From a virus: a stretch of DNA of 32,633 nucleotides. The stretch is taken from the IMG/VR virus record IMGVR_UViG_3300023237_000003; one strand, written 5' to 3'. The notes under the pieces were generated by a model, which was given only the letters and a program-made list of their open reading frames with translations, searched no databases and had not been told where the DNA came from. Below are positions 24,144 to 28,989 of this stretch, piece by piece. How positions within the stretch are numbered: the first letter of the stretch is position 1; the number at the start of each line of letters is the position of its first letter. Position numbers and translations under genes: made by a program.

Positions 24144-24353
24144 CTATCTAGGATCGCAGTCTACCGTTAACCCCCTGTAGTTAGGCCATCCATAGGCCAT
24201 ATCGGTTTCAATCCCCAAGCAAACCATCTCGGCATATAGGTTAGACTCCCTTGCCTCTAGCACCTCGCTCGGTTCGAGCAAAGCACCGAGGGCGAATGAG
24301 ATTATCAAACCCCCCGCGAGAAGTACACATAGATTTCTGCGATTATTTCTCAT
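24144..24353 (-). CDS. Small membrane-anchored early protein
   Basis: ATG 24353 (MRNNRRNLCVLLAGGLIISFALGALL..) gives 69 aa with an N-terminal TM/signal-anchor. GGGGA upstream. ATGA-coupled to the 53-aa ORF. Track start 24407 is GTG and overlaps that ORF. Confidence 0.5.
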   Translation of the reverse strand: MRNNRRNLCVLLAGGLIISFALGALLEPSEVLEARESNLYAEMVCLGIETDMAYGWPNYRGLTVDCDPR

Positions 24354-24511
24354 TCCGTTATCCCCTTTGCATTTTCTTTTGCCCTTGCCACTTCGGCGGG
24401 TGTACACATTTCCGCGATTTCGTGCGCTAATTTGAGCGCATCGCCTAGCCTGTTATCCGGTGCTGTTATACATAGCGCGAGCGCCTTGGTTAATGCTGTT
24501 TCGTGTGTCAT
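24350..24511 (-). CDS. 53-aa early protein missing from the ORF track
   Basis: ATG 24511 preceded by TAAGGGGAATAAAAA. Translation MTHETALTKALALCITAPDNRLGDALKLAHEIAEMCTPAEVARAKENAKGITE is helical and resembles small prophage proteins I have seen. Confidence 0.55.
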   Translation of the reverse strand: MTHETALTKALALCITAPDNRLGDALKLAHEIAEMCTPAEVARAKENAKGITE

Positions 24512-24526
24512 TTTTTATTCCCCTTA

Positions 24527-24636
24527 TACCCTATTGATACCCTATTGATACCCTATTGATACCCTATTAATACCCTATGGTGACCCTATGGTGACCCTAT
24601 GGTGACCCTATGGTGACCCTATGGTGACCCTATACG
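24527..24636. repeat. Ten tandem 11-bp units with an ACCCTAT core (iteron array)
   Basis: TACCCTATTGA x3 (24527, 24538, 24549), TACCCTATTAA (24560), TACCCTATGGT (24571), GACCCTATGGT x4 (24582-24625), GACCCTATACG (24626). Exact 11-bp period. Confidence 0.9.
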
Positions 24637-24659
24637 CCAATGACGTATAGCGTATTGGC
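24636..24659. repeat. Imperfect 24-bp palindrome abutting the iteron array
   Basis: GCCAATGACGTATAGCGTATTGGC. The outer arms GCCAAT/ATTGGC and inner ACG/CGT pair, giving a 9-bp stem with one bulge. Confidence 0.7.
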
Positions 24660-24898
24660 TAAAGTCTGTGATCTTCCATCGCCTCAGCCAGTGTCTCGCA
24701 GTAATTGCCGCTTTCAAAAAATGGCGCATTGCCAGATCTAGATGGATCGATCGCCCGCCACACCACGAACGGATGGAGGGGATGATCGCGTTTTACTATC
24801 GCTACCGCAGATGGATAGCTAGACGCATCGCCCGCTCTCTGATTTCTGAGATCTATCAACTGCCCGCCTACTTGTTTTAATGCTTTGCTTAAATCCAT
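24659..24898 (-). CDS. Early hypothetical protein
   Basis: 79 aa. ATG with AAAGGGGAA RBS. No motif recognised. Confidence 0.6.
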   Translation of the reverse strand: MDLSKALKQVGGQLIDLRNQRAGDASSYPSAVAIVKRDHPLHPFVVWRAIDPSRSGNAPFFESGNYCETLAEAMEDHRL

Positions 24899-24910
24899 TG
24901 TGATTCCCCT

Positions 24911-25117
24911 TTATTTAACGGCCGCGATAAGACCATCGCGCATTGTGACATTAGCAAAGAATTCTCGCCCCTGCCTCGTAATATGCGGGCGATTTGCCCC
25001 TGTTAATACTCCATCGCGCCGATATTCTTCACCGAAAATACTGGTCTCGATATAGGCTAGGCGCTCTCCGATAGACTCTTTTAATACTTTTTTACTTGGA
25101 TAATTGAATACTAGCAT
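24911..25117 (-). CDS. Early hypothetical protein
   Basis: 68 aa. ATG with TAAGGGGAAA RBS. Confidence 0.6.
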   Translation of the reverse strand: MLVFNYPSKKVLKESIGERLAYIETSIFGEEYRRDGVLTGANRPHITRQGREFFANVTMRDGLIAAVK

Positions 25118-25129
25118 TGTTATTTCCCC

Positions 25130-25306
25130 TTATAGATAACCTAGCTTAATTGCATTTTCGTCATATACCGCGATCTTAGCGAGGCCAGTACGCGCCTCGA
25201 TTTCTACTGTGTACTGCCATTGGGGATCTGATTTGCGGCAATCAGAGGCCGCATCAATTGCTTGATCGTAAGGTAATATTGTTGGATCGGTTTCGTTTAT
25301 TAGCAT
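25130..25306 (-). CDS. 58-aa early protein missing from the ORF track
   Basis: ATG 25306 preceded by TAAGGGGTTAAACC. I translated the full frame by hand: MLINETDPTILPYDQAIDAASDCRKSDPQWQYTVEIEARTGLAKIAVYDENAIKLGYL, with TAA at 25130-25132. Confidence 0.55.
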   Translation of the reverse strand: MLINETDPTILPYDQAIDAASDCRKSDPQWQYTVEIEARTGLAKIAVYDENAIKLGYL

Positions 25307-25338
25307 GGTTTAACCCCTTATTTAACGGATACAATTGA

Positions 25339-26175
25339 TTAGTGAACTGCAATTATAATGTCGATACCCTTAAAGCGATCGCTACCGCAAGCGTGACCGA
25401 TTGGCGTACAATCACCACACTTTCCAGTGCAAGTGTATGCCTTAGAACCGTATGCTTTGCGGAGTGTGGCTTGGTGCGCCCGATCGGCGTGATCTGTACT
25501 CTTAACGCTTGACCCTATAGATACCGCCACGAATTCGCCTCGTACATAGTCGAAAGCTTTAAGCTTATCCTTCACGCTGTCGCCGTATTTAGATCCGCTC
25601 GACAGATTAAGCTTGTAATTACTAGGCACGACTCCCTTGTAATCGATAAACGATTGCCATGATTTCGAGTAACCGTAGGTTATTAACCACGGGCGCGCCG
25701 TTAATGCTTCCATCCAGAATGCGATGTCTGCAACGCCCGTGAAATCCCCGTCAACATACAGGCGAAAATCAATCGCGCCCAACACTGGCTCGAACTTATC
25801 AATTGCGCTAAGAATATGCTCGCGCCCGCTGTCAGATTGCAATAACGCGCTATTTTGCGCTTGTCTACAGAATGCGGCCGGATATCGCCAGGCTTTAAAC
25901 GAATAGCAAAAGTTTAGGCAATCGCCCGCGCCTATGCAGAACCCCTTACCCGCTAAACTGCTAAACGCAAGGAAAGGGAGTTTACCGTTTCCTTCCTTCG
26001 CCATGATAGAGAACCTAGGCGATCCATCCTGTAGGAACGCTTTAAGCTTAGTTAGATCGCGAATCCAATGTGCGCCCGTCTCATGGGTCAGTATGTCATC
26101 TATGACGCTGCATGCTAACGCGTTATCCTTGGTAGCTATCGCGTTTGCGATTCTAGTACAGTTTGCACGATTCAT
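25339..26175 (-). CDS. Cys-rich early protein resembling the phage 'GP88' family (function unknown)
   Basis: 278 aa from ATG 26175 (TAAGGGGATACACA upstream). The motifs GNGKLPFLAFSSLAGKGFCIGAGDCLNFCY, FRLYVDGDF, TYGYSKSW and C-terminal CTGKCGDCTPIGHAC match my recollection of Pfam GP88. Track start 26262 is TTG and lies upstream of the predicted promoter. Confidence 0.5.
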   Translation of the reverse strand: MNRANCTRIANAIATKDNALACSVIDDILTHETGAHWIRDLTKLKAFLQDGSPRFSIMAKEGNGKLPFLAFSSLAGKGFCIGAGDCLNFCYSFKAWRYPAAFCRQAQNSALLQSDSGREHILSAIDKFEPVLGAIDFRLYVDGDFTGVADIAFWMEALTARPWLITYGYSKSWQSFIDYKGVVPSNYKLNLSSGSKYGDSVKDKLKAFDYVRGEFVAVSIGSSVKSTDHADRAHQATLRKAYGSKAYTCTGKCGDCTPIGHACGSDRFKGIDIIIAVH

Positions 26176-26209
26176 TGTGTATCCCCTTAGCATGTGTGTA
26201 TTGTGTTGT

Positions 26210-26238
26210 CTTATAATACAATGCATTCGCCATGCCAA
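26210..26238 (-). promoter_or_regulatory. Sigma70-type early leftward promoter
   Basis: The minus strand reads TTGGCA (26238-26233), a 17-nt spacer, then TATAAG (26215-26210). The spacer contains the palindrome AATGCATT (26220-26227). It lies about 35 nt upstream of ATG 26175. Confidence 0.5.
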
Positions 26239-26282
26239 GTTTTCAAAGTCCAATGAATACAAGGGGTGTAGCCAATGTACTG

Positions 26283-26294
26283 TGTATGCATACA
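26283..26294. promoter_or_regulatory. Perfect 12-bp palindrome TGTATGCATACA (operator candidate)
   Basis: Read directly from the sequence. It shares the ATGCAT core with the palindrome in the promoter spacer. Confidence 0.4.
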
Positions 26295-26303
26295 GTGTTG
26301 AGA

Positions 26304-26364
26304 GTGTTACTGTGTTACCGCAAAGTGTTACCGTGTTACCGTGAGAGTGTTACCGGTAACAGTG
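26304..26364. repeat. GTGTTAC(C) repeats: five direct copies and one inverted copy
   Basis: Direct copies at 26304, 26312, 26325, 26333 and 26347. An inverted copy at 26355-26364 forms the perfect palindrome GTTACCGGTAAC (26349-26360). Pairs recur every 21-22 bp. Confidence 0.85.
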
Positions 26365-26365
26365 T

Positions 26366-26412
26366 GGGATAGACTAGACCAGGGATAGACTAGGGATAGA
26401 CCAGGGGTAGAC
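26366..26412. repeat. GGG(A/G)TAGAC repeats in 11-bp phase
   Basis: TAGAC at 26370, 26375, 26386, 26397 and 26408. GGGATAGAC at 26366, 26382 and 26393. GGGGTAGAC at 26404. Confidence 0.85.
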
Positions 26413-26440
26413 TAGGGGGATGCCATTCATCCCCTCTCAC

Positions 26441-26497
26441 TTACTAAACCAATCCCTTTACTAAACCAATCCCTTTACTAAAGCGATCGCTTTACTA
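26441..26497. repeat. 17-bp tandem repeat TTACTAAACCAATCCCT (two exact units, one variant, one partial)
   Basis: TTACTA at 26441, 26458, 26475 and 26492. The third unit carries the palindrome AGCGATCGCT (26482-26491). Confidence 0.85.
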
Positions 26498-26532
26498 TCT
26501 CGCGCGTTAAATGCTCGCGTGTATAAACAGAC

Positions 26533-26559
26533 GGGGTTCGCGGAGGGGACGGGGAGGGG
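26533..26559 (+). other. Canonical G-quadruplex motif G4-N8-G4-N2-G4-N1-G4
   Basis: GGGG at 26533-36, 26545-48, 26551-54 and 26556-59 on the + strand. Confidence 0.6.
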
Positions 26560-26665
26560 CTTAGCTCGCGCACAAATATGTATAGTTCCAACCCAAATTT
26601 GCGTGAGGCCAAATTAAAAAAAAGAAGCAAAAAAACCCCTCCTGAAACCCCGATAAACACAAGGG

Positions 26666-26695
26666 TTGGTCAAACTCGCCAATTAATGGTTTAAT
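26666..26695 (+). promoter_or_regulatory. Sigma70-type rightward promoter candidate
   Basis: TTGGTC (26666-26671), 18-nt spacer, TTTAAT (26690-26695). It lies about 35 nt upstream of GTG 26731. A-tracts at 26616-26635 lie upstream. Confidence 0.4.
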
Positions 26696-26730
26696 ACACC
26701 AAATATTAATTACCAAAGAGCTTCTATGTT

Positions 26731-27099
26731 GTGGCTGAAGACAATGTACCAGTAAAGAGAAAGCGTGGTCGTCCCCGTAAGTCGGAGATAGAGAAGCCGA
26801 AGAACCGCCCTATTGGTAGACCCAAGGGTGACCATTCGGCTATGGCGGAGATGAAGCAGCGATTCCTCGCGAGGAGGGACACCAATGCTGTGATAGAGTC
26901 TATCTTCCGAGCTGCCCAAGATGATGACCACAAGAATCAATCTGCGGCGTGGAAGCTCATAGTAGATAGAATCCTGCCTATCAGCTCGTTTGATAAGGAC
27001 AAACTAGGGGGTAAGCCTACGGTCAATATAACTATCTCAGGGGTTACTGATACGATCGTAGAACCCGAAGTGATAGAAGGAGAGTTCCATGAGGATTGA
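26731..27099 (+). CDS. AT-hook DNA-binding protein, probable small terminase subunit
   Basis: GTG start. Two AT-hook cores (KRKRGRPRKS, PIGRPKG), then a helical ..AAWKLIVDRILP.. segment. It is the first gene of the packaging cluster. The gene itself holds four GATAGA sites and a 13-bp palindrome. Confidence 0.45.
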   Translation: MAEDNVPVKRKRGRPRKSEIEKPKNRPIGRPKGDHSAMAEMKQRFLARRDTNAVIESIFRAAQDDDHKNQSAAWKLIVDRILPISSFDKDKLGGKPTVNITISGVTDTIVEPEVIEGEFHED

Positions 27100-27514
27100 A
27101 GACCTGCTAATTAAGCACGAGGGCTTGCGGCTTAAGCCTTACGAATGCACGGCGGGAGATATGACCATAGGCGTTGGGCGTAATTTAGACTCTATGGGCT
27201 TGTCCGAGGATGAAGTCTACTATCTCCTCGCGAATGACATCCGGCGCTGCGAACAAGAACTAACCAAAGCCTTTGACTGGTTTACTCATTTGGACTCGGT
27301 ACGCCAAGACGCTATGATGGATATGTGCTTCAACCTTGGCATGAGCCGTCTTCGCGGCTTTAGAGACGCTCTTAGGGAGATGTCTCTTGATAACTACGAA
27401 GCAGCCTCGGTAGAGTTCTTGGACTCTCACTGGGCAGAGCAGGTAGGACAACGCGCTATAACCATTACTAATATGATACGAACCGGAGAATACGATGCCA
27501 AATGTAAAAGGTAA
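27089..27514 (+). CDS. GH24 (T4-type) lysozyme / endolysin
   Basis: Residues 1-31 align without gaps to T4 lysozyme (..KHEGLRLKPYECTAGDMTIGVGR.. against ..[23 protein letters not shown]..). Glu11 and Thr26 are conserved; position 20 is Cys instead of Asp. No signal or SAR sequence. Confidence 0.85.
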   Translation: MRIEDLLIKHEGLRLKPYECTAGDMTIGVGRNLDSMGLSEDEVYYLLANDIRRCEQELTKAFDWFTHLDSVRQDAMMDMCFNLGMSRLRGFRDALREMSLDNYEAASVEFLDSHWAEQVGQRAITITNMIRTGEYDAKCKR

Positions 27515-27599
27515 GAAATACGCCTACACCCCTGCGGGAATGACAGCAGCAAAGAAAGCTAAAGACGCAGCTAAGAAGAAAAAAGCCAAGGGGAAGTAG
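27495..27599 (+). CDS. 34-aa Lys-rich peptide missing from the ORF track
   Basis: ATG 27495 with GGAG 7 nt upstream. Translation MPNVKGKKYAYTPAGMTAAKKAKDAAKKKKAKGK. It overlaps the lysozyme 3' end by 20 nt. Confidence 0.4.
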   Translation: MPNVKGKKYAYTPAGMTAAKKAKDAAKKKKAKGK

Positions 27600-27600
27600 T

Positions 27601-27741
27601 ATGGGGCTTTACAGCAACATCAACGCAAAAAAGAAGCGAATAGCAGCGGGTAGCGGCGAGACCATGAGAAAGGTCGGCAGCAAAGGCGCACCTACAGCTA
27701 AAAACTTTAAGCAAGCCAAGAAGACCGCGAAGAGAAAATGA
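27601..27741 (+). CDS. 46-aa basic conserved peptide missing from the ORF track
   Basis: MGLYSNINAKKKRIAAGSGETMRKVGSKGAPTAKNFKQAKKTAKRK. I recall the NI.AK.KRIAAGSGE.MRK.GSKGAP pattern from small ORFs of marine phages. Its TGA overlaps the TerL ATG (ATGA). Confidence 0.5.
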   Translation: MGLYSNINAKKKRIAAGSGETMRKVGSKGAPTAKNFKQAKKTAKRK

Positions 27742-28988
27742 ACCTAGACATCAGTCTTTTAGAATGGCAGAAAAAAGTTTGGAACGACCCTACGCGTTTC
27801 AAAGTGGTTGCTGCGGGTCGCAGGACGGGGAAGTCTCGTCTTGCGGCTTATCTTTTGATAGTCAACGCTTTGAAGTCAGATAAAGGGCAGGTGTTCTACG
27901 TCGCCCCTACTCAGGGTCAGGCTAGAGATATTATGTGGAATCTCCTCATGGAGATAGGTCAGCCTGTTATTGAAAGCTCTCATGTAAACAACATGCAGGT
28001 TAAGTTGATTAACGGCACAACCATCAGCTTGAAAGGCGCAGACAGACCTGAGACAATGCGCGGCGTAAGTCTCAAGTTTCTTGTCTTGGATGAATACGCA
28101 GACATGAAGCCCGATGTATGGGAATTAATACTACGACCTGCGTTGACAGACTTGAAGGGCGATGCCTTATTTATCGGGACACCAATGGGTAGAAATCATT
28201 TTTATGAACTCTACAAGCAAGCCAGTTTAGGCGAAGATCCCACATATAAAGCATGGCACTACACAAGTTACGACAATGACTTACTGGACAAAGAAGAGAT
28301 TGATGCAGCAAAGAAATCCATGTCTTCCTTCGCGTTTCGTCAAGAGTTTATGGCTTCTTTTGAAGCTCGTGGCTCTGAGATGTTTAAAGAAGAGTGGGTT
28401 CACTTTGATGATGAAGAGCCTGAGACAGGCGATTACTACGTTGCCATTGACCTCGCGGGTTTTGAGGAAGTCGGAAAAGCCAAATCCAAAAACAAAAAGC
28501 TTGACAATACCGCCATTGCTATTGTAAAGGTAGGCGAGTATGGTTGGTGGGTTAAGGATATCGTTTGCGGACGGTGGGAGTTAAACGCCACCGCAGAGAA
28601 GATATTCCAGATAGTCAGAGACTATCAACCCATATCCATTGGGATAGAGAAGGGCATAGCCAGACAGGCTGTCATGTCGCCTCTCACAGACCTGATGAAG
28701 AAATACCAAACATTTTTTAGGGTCGAAGAGCTGACCCACGGTAACAAGAAGAAAACTGACAGGGTGATGTGGGCGCTGCAAGGTAGATTCGAGAATGGAA
28801 TCTGCAATCTTAACAAGGGTGAGTGGAACATCCAATTCATGGATGAAATCTTCCAATTCCCCGATGCCCTCACCCACGATGACATGGTAGACGCTTTAGC
28901 CTATATAGACCAACTGGCTAAGGTGTCTTACTCATACGACTTTGAAATAGATGAGTTTGACGTAATCGACTCAGTAGCGGGATATTAA
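27738..28988 (+). CDS. terL: Terminase large subunit
   Basis: Walker A VVAAGRRTGKSR, Walker B FLVLDEYADM, and C-terminal RNase-H-like nuclease acidic motifs (VAIDLAG.., ..HDDMVDALAY). 416 aa, directly upstream of the portal gene. Confidence 0.9.
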   Translation: MNLDISLLEWQKKVWNDPTRFKVVAAGRRTGKSRLAAYLLIVNALKSDKGQVFYVAPTQGQARDIMWNLLMEIGQPVIESSHVNNMQVKLINGTTISLKGADRPETMRGVSLKFLVLDEYADMKPDVWELILRPALTDLKGDALFIGTPMGRNHFYELYKQASLGEDPTYKAWHYTSYDNDLLDKEEIDAAKKSMSSFAFRQEFMASFEARGSEMFKEEWVHFDDEEPETGDYYVAIDLAGFEEVGKAKSKNKKLDNTAIAIVKVGEYGWWVKDIVCGRWELNATAEKIFQIVRDYQPISIGIEKGIARQAVMSPLTDLMKKYQTFFRVEELTHGNKKKTDRVMWALQGRFENGICNLNKGEWNIQFMDEIFQFPDALTHDDMVDALAYIDQLAKVSYSYDFEIDEFDVIDSVAGY

Positions 28989-28989
28989 G

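Noticed and set aside
23914-24180. Plus-strand 88-aa ORF spanning the 24006-24143 gap
   Set aside because: It has no RBS. It runs antisense through the zinc-finger gene start and through the hairpin, and its translation is Pro/Ser-rich junk. The + strand signal here is better explained as a possible short non-coding RNA.
24527-24636. Possible CRISPR-like array. The same reading was considered for the repeats at 26304-26497.
   Set aside because: The units are only 7-17 bp and directly abut one another with no unique spacers. There are no cas genes and no leader. They are iteron-type tandem repeats, not CRISPR.
26176-26262. Long forms of several track ORFs: 25339..26262, 3804 start, 3514 start, 18094 start, 20336 start, 22016 start, 24407 start
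   Set aside because: These upstream starts are TTG or GTG codons, or ATGs without an SD, and they overlap the preceding gene or, for 26262, the predicted promoter. In each case an internal ATG with a good RBS and stop-start coupling fits the operon better.
24527-26412. The ACCCTAT array (TAGGG core on the - strand) and the GGGATAGAC array (TAGGG on the + strand) as inverted ends of a mobile or invertible 1.8-kb early-gene cassette
   Set aside because: The shared core is only about 5 bp and appears in only some units of the second array. There is no recombinase or transposase and there are no target-site duplications. I treat them as independent binding-site arrays.
26531-26545. GGGGTTCGCGG resembling a tRNA T-arm/T-loop
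   Set aside because: There is no complementary T-stem 3' half, no acceptor stem and no anticodon arm in the flanks. I found no tRNA anywhere in the window.
26478-26940. Minus-strand ORFs 26478..26660, 26710..26940 and 26724..26933 in or next to the control region
   Set aside because: The first is generated by the G-runs and A-tracts (SPSPSPP.., FLLLFF) and has no RBS. The other two are antisense to the AT-hook TerS-like gene, whose + strand frame has clear motifs.
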